Source of the DNA: an uncultured Candidatus Saccharibacteria bacterium
Lineage (GTDB): Bacteria; Patescibacteriota; Minisyncoccia; UBA6257; Colwellbacteraceae
Direction: 5' to 3'
Length of the DNA stretch: 64,000 bases
Assembly (NCBI GenBank): GCA_964643135.1
Contig: CAZXPC010000001.1
Span: 39,726 to 103,725 of the forward strand
Shown: positions 38,973 through 47,375 of the stretch, in pieces
Position numbering within the stretch: the first letter of the stretch is position 1
Layout of the letters: every line of letters begins with the position of its first letter
Made by a program: the position numbers and the translations under genes
Notes under the pieces: generated by a model
Databases searched by the model: none
What the model was told of the DNA's origin: nothing
Seen by the model: only the letters and a program-made list of their open reading frames with translations

Positions 38973-39442
38973 AAAAAGTTGTGGTCGCGACCGGAGTAGG
39001 TAAATTGAGGAACAGCCCTAAATTTACTGAAAATATTTTACCCGATGTGATCAGGGATTTTGAAGCCATCGTCGGACAGCACCCGGCCACCCGCGGCGCC
39101 AAGAAGTCTATTTCGACTTTCAAGACCAGAACCGGAGACATCGTCGGCATTGTGGCTACGCTCCGCGGCAAAAAGATGAGGCACTTCTTAGAGAGGCTTA
39201 TTAATGTGGCTTTGCCCCGCGTTCGGGACTTCCGAGGCATCAACAATAAGAGTTTTGATGACCGAGGGCATATTTCGATCGGCATTAAAGAACACGTGAT
39301 CTTTCCCGAGATCAACCAGGAAAAGACCAACACAACTTTCGGCTTCCAGGTTACGATTGTCGGCAACACCAAGAATAAGGAAGAGGGCGCCGCATTCGCT
39401 AAAGAATTGGGCATTCCGATGATGAAAACCGCTCAGAAATAA
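38954..39442 (+). CDS. rplE: 50S ribosomal protein L5 (N-terminally short)
   Basis: LEKVVV..GVG, TLRG, ALPRVRDFRG, IFPEI. Confidence 0.95.
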   Translation: MQRYRLEKVVVATGVGKLRNSPKFTENILPDVIRDFEAIVGQHPATRGAKKSISTFKTRTGDIVGIVATLRGKKMRHFLERLINVALPRVRDFRGINNKSFDDRGHISIGIKEHVIFPEINQEKTNTTFGFQVTIVGNTKNKEEGAAFAKELGIPMMKTAQK

Positions 39443-39486
39443 TGGAATAAATTGCAATTTTAACCGATTTACCTTAAATTATCACA

Positions 39487-39672
39487 ATGGCAAAAACATC
39501 AGTCATAGCAAGATCGCAAAAGAAGCCCAAATTCTCAACGAGGATTGTTAGGCGATGTTTTCGCTGCGGCCGCAAAAGAGCTTATATGAGGGACTTCGGA
39601 ATTTGCAGAATTTGCTTTAGAGAGATGGCGACCTTGGGCCGAATCCCGGGAGTTAGAAAATCAAGCTGGTAG
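39487..39672 (+). CDS. rpsN: 30S ribosomal protein S14, zinc-binding type
   Basis: RC.RCGR...CRICFRE...KSSW, 61 aa. Confidence 0.97.
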   Translation: MAKTSVIARSQKKPKFSTRIVRRCFRCGRKRAYMRDFGICRICFREMATLGRIPGVRKSSW

Positions 39673-39682
39673 GAACACGCAT

Positions 39683-40066
39683 ATGTATCATAATACAATC
39701 ATAAAAATTAAAAACGGATTGGCGAGAAAGTTCGAAAGAGTAAAGGTTCCTTACTCGAACTTAGATATGGCTATTTTGGAGAGCCTCGCTAAGCACGGCT
39801 ATCTTGAATCCGTTTCCAAAAAGGGCCGCGGTGTTAAAAGGATTATCGAGGCCAAGCTTAAGTATGATAAAACCGGCCAGCCGTCTATTTCCGGAGTTAA
39901 ATTCATCAGCCGGTCTTCGCGCAGGCTTTATGTCGGCTACAAAGATATGAAAAAATCGCACGACGGATATGGATATTTTATCTTCTCAACTCCGAAGGGC
40001 ATTTTGACCAACATTGAAGCTCGGAAGAATAAAGTCGGCGGGGAAATATTATTCGAAATCTGGTAG
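39683..40066 (+). CDS. rpsH: 30S ribosomal protein S8
   Basis: STPKG...GGE; operon position. Confidence 0.95.
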   Translation: MYHNTIIKIKNGLARKFERVKVPYSNLDMAILESLAKHGYLESVSKKGRGVKRIIEAKLKYDKTGQPSISGVKFISRSSRRLYVGYKDMKKSHDGYGYFIFSTPKGILTNIEARKNKVGGEILFEIW

Positions 40067-40093
40067 TTCGACAGTTTCACTCTATATAAACAC

Positions 40094-40651
40094 ATGTCAA
40101 AAATTGCTAAAAAACCAATAATTATCCCCGATGGCGTGACCGCTGTTTTGAAAGACCACATGGTGGAAATCAAGGGCAAGAACGCGACTTTGAACGTTCC
40201 TGTGCTGGAAGGCGTTAAGGTTGAGATTAAGGATAAGGCCATCACTCTTACCTCGGACAGGGCGACTAAGCAGGCCAGTTCAAACTGGGGCACAACCAGC
40301 GCGCACTTAAAGAACGCCATCGCAGGATCAAATGCGGATTTTGTTAAAGAGCTCTCGGTTGTCGGAATCGGTTTCAAGGCAGCGCTTGAGGCCAAGGACC
40401 TAGTTTTGAGCCTTGGGTTCAGCCACCCGGTGAGATTTGCTATTCCGGAAGGCGTTAAGATTACCGTTGAAAAGAACATTGTGAAGGTTGCCGGTCCGAA
40501 CCGATGGCTGGTCGGAGAGACGGCCGCCAGGATTCGTGATTTTAAGAGACCAGAGCCGTATCAGGGCAAGGGCATCCGCTACAAAGATGAGATCGTTAGG
40601 AAGAAAGCGGGTAAGAAAGCAGCGGCCGCAGCCGGTCCTGCCGCAAAATAA
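40094..40651 (+). CDS. rplF: 50S ribosomal protein L6
   Basis: LGFSHP, PEPYQGKGIRY. Confidence 0.97.
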   Translation: MSKIAKKPIIIPDGVTAVLKDHMVEIKGKNATLNVPVLEGVKVEIKDKAITLTSDRATKQASSNWGTTSAHLKNAIAGSNADFVKELSVVGIGFKAALEAKDLVLSLGFSHPVRFAIPEGVKITVEKNIVKVAGPNRWLVGETAARIRDFKRPEPYQGKGIRYKDEIVRKKAGKKAAAAAGPAAK

Positions 40652-40745
40652 CATATAACTCATAACCAATGACTAATAACAGAAAAACAAAAAATCAGTT
40701 TGAATCCCTATCCGTTATGGGTTATAAGTTATCAGTCATAAGTTA
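40649..40745. repeat. TAAC/GTTA element, copy 6 (rplF-rplR)
   Basis: TAACATA TAACTCA TAACCAA TGACTAA TAAC...GTTATGG GTTATAA GTTATCA GTCATAA GTTA. Confidence 0.9.
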
Positions 40746-40750
40746 ATATC

Positions 40751-41092
40751 ATGCACGCAAAAACATTAAGGAAAATTAGGAAGGCGACCAGAAACAGAGC
40801 CAAAATTCACGGCACTGCGGCTTTGCCGAGGCTTTCGGTTTTCCGCAGCAACCGCTATTTGCGCGCTCAGCTAATTGACGACAACGGAGGCGTCACCATT
40901 ATCTCGGGCAGTACCGACAGCAAAGTTAAAGCCAACAAGACTAAGCAGGCTGAAAATTTAGGAGCGGTGATTGCTAAGGCCGCCAAGGAGAAGGGCATAG
41001 CTCAAGTTGTCTTTGACCGAGGATCATATAAATATCATGGTCGAGTAAAAGCTCTGGCGGAATCCCTCCGAGCCAACGGTATCAAAATCTAA
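40751..41092 (+). CDS. rplR: 50S ribosomal protein L18
   Basis: [21 protein letters not shown]. Confidence 0.97.
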   Translation: MHAKTLRKIRKATRNRAKIHGTAALPRLSVFRSNRYLRAQLIDDNGGVTIISGSTDSKVKANKTKQAENLGAVIAKAAKEKGIAQVVFDRGSYKYHGRVKALAESLRANGIKI

Positions 41093-41186
41093 CTCATAAC
41101 TCATAACCAATGACTAATAACAAAAGCAAAAAACTGAATACATTAAGAATAACCGTTATGGGTTATAAGTTATCAGTTATAAGTTA
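41090..41186. repeat. TAAC/GTTA element, copy 7 (rplR-rpsE)
   Basis: TAACTCA TAACTCA TAACCAA TGACTAA TAAC...GTTATGG GTTATAA GTTATCA GTTATAA GTTA. Confidence 0.9.
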
Positions 41187-41194
41187 AATCTACT

Positions 41195-41710
41195 ATGGAA
41201 CCAAGAACAGCACATAGGTCTCGCATGCCGAATATCCAAAAGATCGACGAATTCAAGGATCGGGTCATTGACTTGCGCCGCGTTACCCGTGTGACCAAGG
41301 GCGGCAAGCGAATGCGTTTCAGAGCGACTGTCGTGATCGGCAACGGCAAGGGCAAAGTAGCCGTCGGAATCGCAAAGGGCGCTGACGTTATGGAAGCTAT
41401 CAGCAAAGCCAAATTCCAGGCCAAGAAAGACATTATTGAAGTTAAGATGGTGAAGAAGACTATTCCTCACGAGGTTGAGGCTAAGTTTAGCTCAGCTGTG
41501 ATTATGATTAAGCCGGCTTCGTCCGGACACGGTCTTATGGCCGGCGGAGCGCCCCGTGTGGTTTTGAGCATGGCTGGGATTCAGGACGTCACCGCGAAGT
41601 GTATCAGCCGGACTTCCAACAAACTGACTAATGCGATTGCCACTATCGAGGCCCTCAAGAAATTAAAGGACCCGAAACGGGCCAGGAAAGAGGAAGAGGC
41701 TAAAAAATAA
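41195..41710 (+). CDS. rpsE: 30S ribosomal protein S5
   Basis: RVTRVTKGGKR..F, AGG..R.VL..AGI.D. Confidence 0.97.
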   Translation: MEPRTAHRSRMPNIQKIDEFKDRVIDLRRVTRVTKGGKRMRFRATVVIGNGKGKVAVGIAKGADVMEAISKAKFQAKKDIIEVKMVKKTIPHEVEAKFSSAVIMIKPASSGHGLMAGGAPRVVLSMAGIQDVTAKCISRTSNKLTNAIATIEALKKLKDPKRARKEEEAKK

Positions 41711-41722
41711 CTCTGGAAATAA

Positions 41723-41753
41723 CTTTTAACTTTGAGCTTTTTACTTTAAACTT
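41723..41753. repeat. 7-mer tandem array before rplO
   Basis: CTTTTAA CTTTGAG CTTTTTA CTTTAAA CTT. Confidence 0.55.
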
Positions 41754-41759
41754 ACTACT

Positions 41760-42008
41760 ATGCAACTTCACGAATTACAACCGCTTTATCCGAACAAATC
41801 CAGGCGCCGACTCGGCCGAGGTTATACTCGCGGTCACAAATCAGGCAAGGGCCAGAAGGGTCAGCGATCCCGCGCCGGCCGCAGCATCCGCCCGGCTGAG
41901 AGAGACTTGATTCAGCGCATGCCGAAATTAAGAGGCTGGAAGAATAAGACAAGCGTTTATAAGAAGGATACGAAACGAGTTAAGGCAAGGCCGGCAATCA
42001 AGAAGTAA
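41760..42008 (+). CDS. rplO: 50S ribosomal protein L15 (82 aa, N-terminal part only)
   Basis: RLGRG...GKGQKGQRSRAG..RMPKLRG; directly upstream of secY. Confidence 0.9.
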   Translation: MQLHELQPLYPNKSRRRLGRGYTRGHKSGKGQKGQRSRAGRSIRPAERDLIQRMPKLRGWKNKTSVYKKDTKRVKARPAIKK

Positions 42009-42031
42009 GCCCCAACCCGCACTACGAACAG

Positions 42032-43309
42032 ATGATTAATAAATTTCTACAAGTTTTCAAAATTAAGGAGCTGAGGAATAGATTGCTCACAATCCTGGGA
42101 ATCCTTGTAGTTTTTAGGCTGCTCGCGGCCATTCCCATTCCGGGTTTGAGCGTCGAGAAAATTCAGCAAGCTTTTTCCGGAGGCCTATTGGGTTTCTTAG
42201 ATATATTTTCCGGCGGAGCCTTGTCTTCGCGGTCAATTGTAATGTTGGGACTTGGCCCGTACATTACTTCGACTATCATTATGCAGCTCTTGACTATGAT
42301 TTTTCCGAAGCTCAAGGCGATGTACTATGAGGAAGGGACTGCCGGCCGGGTGAAATTCAACCGGTTTTCCAGATATATCACCGTGCCTTTGGCCGGCCTC
42401 CAGGCTTTTGGTTTTTTGAAATTACTGGCGAGCCAAGGAGTGGTTACAATTACCGATCCCTTTAGCGTTTTTATTAACGTTGTGACAATTACGGCCGGAT
42501 CAATGATTCTGGTCTGGCTGGGCGAATTGATTACCGAGCAGAAGTTCGGCAACGGCGTTTCGATCCTTATTTTTGCCGGAATTGTGAGCCGCTTGCCGAC
42601 TTATATCGTGCAAGCCTATAATGCCTATACTCCCGATCTCTTGGCGGCTTATATCGGCTACACTGCCGTGGCTTTGATAGTGATTGGCCTCATCGTTATG
42701 GTTAACGAAGCCGAAAGAAGGGTGCCGGTTTCTTACGCCAAGCGCATCCGCGGCAACCGAGTTTACGGCGGCGCATCGAGCTACTTGCCTCTCAAAATTA
42801 ACCAGGCCGGCGTTATTCCGATTATCTTTGCCATTTCGATTCTAACTTTCCCTCAATTCCTCGGCACGATTGTGAGCGCTTTCTCCAAGGATATTGGAGG
42901 CAAGATCACCACTTTTGTTAACTTTATATTTAATTACGGACATCAGATTTTCTACGGCCTCTTCTACTTCTTCTTAGTTTTTGTCTTTACCTATTTCTAT
43001 ATCTCAGTTACATCCGACCCGGGAGAAATATCGAAGAGTCTTCAGAGGAACGGGGGCTTTATTCCCGGCATCAGGCCCGGCGAACCGACGACCAACTTCC
43101 TGAAGAAACTTGTTTTTAGAATCACCGTGTTCGGCGCCGCATTCTTAGGCCTGGTTGCCGTGTTGCCGATTATTTTGCAGAGCGTAACCAATACGCCGAC
43201 TCTCACAATCGGTGGCACCGCCATCCTGATCGTTGTTTCCGTCGCGCTCGAAACCGCCAAGCAAATCGATTCTCAGCTGACGGTCCGAGAGTACGAATCG
43301 ATCCAATAA
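42032..43309 (+). CDS. secY: preprotein translocase subunit SecY
   Basis: GPYITS.II.QLL, GNG.S..IFAGI, AGVIPIIFA, PGIRPG. Confidence 0.98.
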   Translation: MINKFLQVFKIKELRNRLLTILGILVVFRLLAAIPIPGLSVEKIQQAFSGGLLGFLDIFSGGALSSRSIVMLGLGPYITSTIIMQLLTMIFPKLKAMYYEEGTAGRVKFNRFSRYITVPLAGLQAFGFLKLLASQGVVTITDPFSVFINVVTITAGSMILVWLGELITEQKFGNGVSILIFAGIVSRLPTYIVQAYNAYTPDLLAAYIGYTAVALIVIGLIVMVNEAERRVPVSYAKRIRGNRVYGGASSYLPLKINQAGVIPIIFAISILTFPQFLGTIVSAFSKDIGGKITTFVNFIFNYGHQIFYGLFYFFLVFVFTYFYISVTSDPGEISKSLQRNGGFIPGIRPGEPTTNFLKKLVFRITVFGAAFLGLVAVLPIILQSVTNTPTLTIGGTAILIVVSVALETAKQIDSQLTVREYESIQ

Positions 43310-43311
43310 TA

Positions 43312-43995
43312 ATGAAGAAAGCCATCATACTTTACGGCCCTCCGGGAGGCGGCAAAGGTACTCAGTCTCAACTTTTAGTTAGAAAATTTGATCTAATTAG
43401 CTTCGATACGGGGAGTCATATCGAATTTATCGTTCACGATCCAGCAAACAAGAAGTCTAAAGAGATCCAACGTGAACGCACCCTGTTTGATAACGGAACT
43501 CTCAATACTCCTTCGTGGGTGCTGAAGATGGTGAAGGACAACGTGGCAAGAATTGCTGATTCTGGTTTTGGCGTGATTTTGTCTGGCTCGCCGAGGACTA
43601 TGTACGAGGCCTTTGGAGACGAAAAGATCGAGGGCCTGGTATCGTTTCTAGTTGAAAAATATGGCCGGGAAAATGTAATTTTCTTTGAGCTGGTTTTACC
43701 CGAGACAAGCTCAGTTTCGAGAAACAGCTCAAGACTGATTTGTTCTCTTTGCGGCAATTCGGTTTTGGGAACATTTTATAAAAATGCCAAGATTTGTCCT
43801 TTTTGCGGCAGCAGGCTGGTTAAGCGCACGCTGGACAAACCCGAAGTTATTAAACGCAGGCTGGAGCAATACCGCGAGCGAACTCAGCCTATTTTTGCCG
43901 AGCTTAGGAGACAGGGTTTCAAGATCATCAAGATCGACGCGACGCCGATGCCCGCTAAAGTATTCGAGAGGATTAGCTCTTATATTCGGAAGTAG
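43312..43995 (+). CDS. adk: adenylate kinase with zinc-type LID
   Basis: GPPGGGKGTQ, G.PRT, CSLC..CPFC. Confidence 0.9.
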   Translation: MKKAIILYGPPGGGKGTQSQLLVRKFDLISFDTGSHIEFIVHDPANKKSKEIQRERTLFDNGTLNTPSWVLKMVKDNVARIADSGFGVILSGSPRTMYEAFGDEKIEGLVSFLVEKYGRENVIFFELVLPETSSVSRNSSRLICSLCGNSVLGTFYKNAKICPFCGSRLVKRTLDKPEVIKRRLEQYRERTQPIFAELRRQGFKIIKIDATPMPAKVFERISSYIRK

Positions 43996-44047
43996 TCATC
44001 TCCTCACCGCCAAGCCCTTCTGCAATGTGGGGCCCTAGCTATATAAT

Positions 44048-44365
44048 CTCTCTTACCACTCGCCACCTTAGTCGTCGACTAAACACAAGATTTTCCGGAG
44101 ATTGTCCCCGCGAAGCGGGGAGCACTCCGGCATACGACCGGCAAAATCTTGGTTGTCTCCTCCTGGTTACCGGCTCGGGATGCTTTCGATGATACAGCTG
44201 CGGGCTACTGCTCTAATCTATAGCGACCCAGGCCTTTTCCCGCAAGGAACATCGCGGAAGCCAGTGGAGCTAGGTGCGCCGTTTTATATTACGGCGTCCA
44301 CTGGCTGAGCGCTGAGGGAAAATCTCTCGCTGGAAGAGATTTATCCCGTTTCCTGAGGGAGAGGG
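44048..44365. other. multi-hairpin non-coding region between adk and map
   Basis: At least six stems readable by eye (see findings); strand and function unknown. Confidence 0.45.
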
Positions 44366-44424
44366 ACTGGGGGAGCGGGTTTATGGGTTTCTGAACAACA
44401 ATTGATAGTATATAATAAAAATCT

Positions 44425-45183
44425 ATGGCTTTGATAAAAACCGAAAAACAAATTGCTAATATCCGTGAGTCGGGGAAGATTTTGGGCTTGGTTTTGAGGA
44501 AACTCAGAAATGTAACCAAAGTCGGCGTGAGCCTGCTCGATCTCGATAAGTTTGCCCGCGAACTGATCGTGGAGCAGGGCGGGGAACCGGCTTTCTTGGG
44601 CTACCGACCCTACGGTGCCAAAACGGCTTATCCAGCGACTCTTTGCACTTCGGTTAATGATGTGATCGTTCACGGCCGGCCAACTAGCTACGTCCTGAAG
44701 TCCGGCGACGTGGTTAAGCTCGACCTGGGCGTGGTCTATAAAGGCGGCATAACCGATGCGGCTATAACTGTTGCGGTTGGGAAAGTTGATAAAGAAGCGC
44801 AAGACTTAATAAAAGTTACTGAAAACTCGTTAAGGGAAGCGATCAAATTTTGTTCGCCTAAGCATACTTTGGGAGACATCGGTTACGCGATTGAGAAAAC
44901 TGTTTCTGCTAAGAACTTTTTGATTGTTGAAGGGCTGACCGGCCATGGCGTTGGCGAAGAAATACATGAAGATCCATCCGTTTATAACTATGGCCACAAA
45001 GGGAGCGGTATGAAGCTTCAGCCAGGGATGGTTTTGGCAATTGAGCCGATGACCGCGATTGGCACATCTAAAATAATTCAGTTAAGAGATGACAGCTTCG
45101 CGACGGCTGACCAGAGCATGTCGGCGCACTTTGAACACACCGTGCTTATCACAGAGAAAGGCTGCGAAGTCTTAACTGCCTAG
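44425..45183 (+). CDS. map: methionine aminopeptidase type I
   Basis: SVND..VHG, D.G...TDAA, GHG.G..IHEDP, AIEPM, AHFEHT. Confidence 0.97.
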   Translation: MALIKTEKQIANIRESGKILGLVLRKLRNVTKVGVSLLDLDKFARELIVEQGGEPAFLGYRPYGAKTAYPATLCTSVNDVIVHGRPTSYVLKSGDVVKLDLGVVYKGGITDAAITVAVGKVDKEAQDLIKVTENSLREAIKFCSPKHTLGDIGYAIEKTVSAKNFLIVEGLTGHGVGEEIHEDPSVYNYGHKGSGMKLQPGMVLAIEPMTAIGTSKIIQLRDDSFATADQSMSAHFEHTVLITEKGCEVLTA

Positions 45184-45788
45184 CGCTGATCCTTTCGGCG
45201 CGTTTCTAGGTGGGTTTCTTCGGGCTTTTCGATTTCCTCGATGATGGCCGCGGCCTCTTCTTTGGTTAGTCCGCCGGGTAGATTCATGTTGATAGCATCG
45301 GCAGGGTGCTGATAGTCTGGTTTGCTCTGCGGAATACTCTTAGGTATTTCACCTGTCTCGTCAGGGCGGATATCAAACTTCTCTTCGGCTTCTTTCTGAT
45401 TTTGCTTCAAGGCTGAAGCTTCAGCGTTGGTAAGGCCGCCAAAAGCGCCGGCCCCCTTCCCGAATCGGTCCCTAAGAGTCTTTGTCGCAAGCTCAATTCT
45501 GGTTTTTGTTTCTTCCTTGTCCTCGTTTTTGAGGTAGCCCATCGCTTCTTTTTCGGTGAAACCTTTGGGCAAGCCGGTGAATCTGGCTGTTTCCGCATCC
45601 ATTTTGGAGGATCCTATAATTGCCACTTTTTCCTCGCTCTTTCCTTTGTTGGCCGTAAATGAAGCAGCCTCCTTGGCTGTTAGACTTTCCGGCAAGCCGG
45701 TTTTTTTAGCAACCACCTTGCGTATTGGCTCCGGAGTTTCTCTATTCTGATTGTCGGCCGGATAAGAATTTGGGTTTTCTATTGACAT
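45180..45788 (-). CDS. charged hypothetical protein with four LP-x-x-(L/F)T-x-x-EA-like repeats
   Basis: TGLPESLTAKEA, TGLPKGFTEKEA, GGLTNAEA, NLPGGLTKEEA. Confidence 0.7.
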   Translation of the reverse strand: MSIENPNSYPADNQNRETPEPIRKVVAKKTGLPESLTAKEAASFTANKGKSEEKVAIIGSSKMDAETARFTGLPKGFTEKEAMGYLKNEDKEETKTRIELATKTLRDRFGKGAGAFGGLTNAEASALKQNQKEAEEKFDIRPDETGEIPKSIPQSKPDYQHPADAINMNLPGGLTKEEAAAIIEEIEKPEETHLETRRKDQR

Positions 45789-45824
45789 AAGTCTATTATC
45801 TCACAAATATCGCTAAATTTGAAG

Positions 45825-47324
45825 CTAGAAAGTTTTTATTTTGGCGCCGATGGAGTTCAACTTAGTGTGGATTTCTTCGTAGCCGCGGTTGATACTGTAG
45901 ACGTTGCGGAGAATCGAAGTGCCTTTGGCGGCCAGCATGCCCAAGAGAATTATGGCGGCCGGCCTTAGGGCGGGCGGGCAGACCACTTCGGCGGCTTTAA
46001 ACTCGATTGGTCCCACGATTTGCACCCGGTGCGGATCAATCAAATTGATATTGGCGCCGAGCTTTGTCATCTCAGTATAATAAATAGCGCGATTTTCGTA
46101 CACCCAGTCGTGGATCAGGGTCTGGCCTTCAGCTTTAGCCGCGATCGGCACAAAAAAAGGAAGGTTGTCGATATTAAGGCCCGGGTAGGGCGACGGGTGA
46201 ATCTTTTCTTCCAGGGCTTTCAGTTTGGAAGGATAGGTTTCGATATCAACGAGGTCGATCATGCCGTTCTCGCCTTTGTAGCGTTTGAGAATTTTATATT
46301 TAAAACCCATTTTTTCCATCTTTAAGAGCTCGAGAGCTAGGAAGTCGATCGGGCAGCGGAGAATCTTAATTGATGAGTTGGTGACGGCTGCGGCGGCGAG
46401 GTAGAGCATGCTGTCGATCGGGTCTTCGCTCACGGCGTACTCAACATCGCCGGCGATTTCCGGTTTGCCGTGAATCACCAGTTTGTGCGTACCGATGCCT
46501 TCGATTTTAACACCCAGTTTGACCAAGAAATAGCAAAGCTCCTGAACCATGTAGTTCGACGAGGCGAACTGGATGGTGGTTTTGCCCTTAAGTTTCGAAG
46601 CGGCCATGATGGCATTTTCCGTGGCGGTATCGCCGGATTCGTAGAGAACAATGTCGGCCGGTTTGAGTTTGCCGACCGAGACCCGGTAAACGTTATCTAG
46701 GGTTTCGATATTAACGCCAAGGTTTTCTAAAGCATACAGGTGCGGCCGAACAGTTCGCGAACCGAGCTTGCAGCCGCCGGCGTAAGGCAGGTCAAATTTC
46801 TTTAAGAGATGGATCAACGGACCCATGAGCATAATCACGGTCCGGGTTTTTAAAGCGGCTTGAATATTGATATCCTCGATCCTGATCTTAAGCGGGGGAG
46901 TGATTTGGAGAGTGTGGCGGTCCAGCCATTTGGTTTCAACGCCGATGCTGTTTAGTACTTCGACGATTCGGTTCACCTCTTCGATACGCGGCATATTTTT
47001 TAGAGTCGTCTTGTCCTTGTTTAAAAGCGCCGCGCAGAGAAGAACCATCGCGCCGTTCTTGGAAGAGTTGGTGGTAATCGTGCCGGATAAGGGGTGGCCG
47101 CCCTCAATTTGGAAATTCAAAGATTCAGGCAGGTTGATTAGCTGACGGTTAAGAACCTTGCTGATTTTGGAAAGCATTTCAGTCGTAAGATTCTGCTTGC
47201 CGGACTCGATCCGGGCGACGGCGCTTTGGGTGGTGTCTAAAAGCTTGGCTAAATCTTCCTGGGTCAGGCCCTTCTGGTCTCTAAGATCGGCGATAAATTT
47301 ACCTATTTTTTTAGGTGTGGACAT
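45825..47324 (-). CDS. murA: XRE-family HTH fused to UDP-N-acetylglucosamine 1-carboxyvinyltransferase
   Basis: N-terminal LRDQKGLTQEDLAKLLDTTQSAVARIESG; MurA motifs SKNGA, GGCKLGSR, YPGLNID, ALR, RGYE; start ATG 47324. Confidence 0.93.
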   Translation of the reverse strand: MSTPKKIGKFIADLRDQKGLTQEDLAKLLDTTQSAVARIESGKQNLTTEMLSKISKVLNRQLINLPESLNFQIEGGHPLSGTITTNSSKNGAMVLLCAALLNKDKTTLKNMPRIEEVNRIVEVLNSIGVETKWLDRHTLQITPPLKIRIEDINIQAALKTRTVIMLMGPLIHLLKKFDLPYAGGCKLGSRTVRPHLYALENLGVNIETLDNVYRVSVGKLKPADIVLYESGDTATENAIMAASKLKGKTTIQFASSNYMVQELCYFLVKLGVKIEGIGTHKLVIHGKPEIAGDVEYAVSEDPIDSMLYLAAAAVTNSSIKILRCPIDFLALELLKMEKMGFKYKILKRYKGENGMIDLVDIETYPSKLKALEEKIHPSPYPGLNIDNLPFFVPIAAKAEGQTLIHDWVYENRAIYYTEMTKLGANINLIDPHRVQIVGPIEFKAAEVVCPPALRPAAIILLGMLAAKGTSILRNVYSINRGYEEIHTKLNSIGAKIKTF

Positions 47325-47331
47325 GAGAGAC

Positions 47332-47360
47332 AATATAGCACATATGCTATTAGTTGGGAA
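47332..47360 (-). promoter_or_regulatory. murA promoter (TTCCCA-N17-TATATT) with the same 19-bp palindromic site as glmS
   Basis: Minus strand 47350-47332 reads ATAGCATATGTGCTATATT; -10 ends 7 nt before the ATG. Confidence 0.8.
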
Positions 47361-47375
47361 GAGGGCGCGGCCCGC

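Noticed and set aside
25925-41186. TAAC/GTTA elements as a CRISPR array
   Set aside because: Copies are dispersed singly between genes, have no repeat-spacer series, and no cas genes are present
44048-44365. RNase P RNA, tmRNA or SRP RNA
   Set aside because: No GAGGAAAGTCC, tRNA-like ends or SRP loop motif found by eye on either strand; kept only as an unknown structured region
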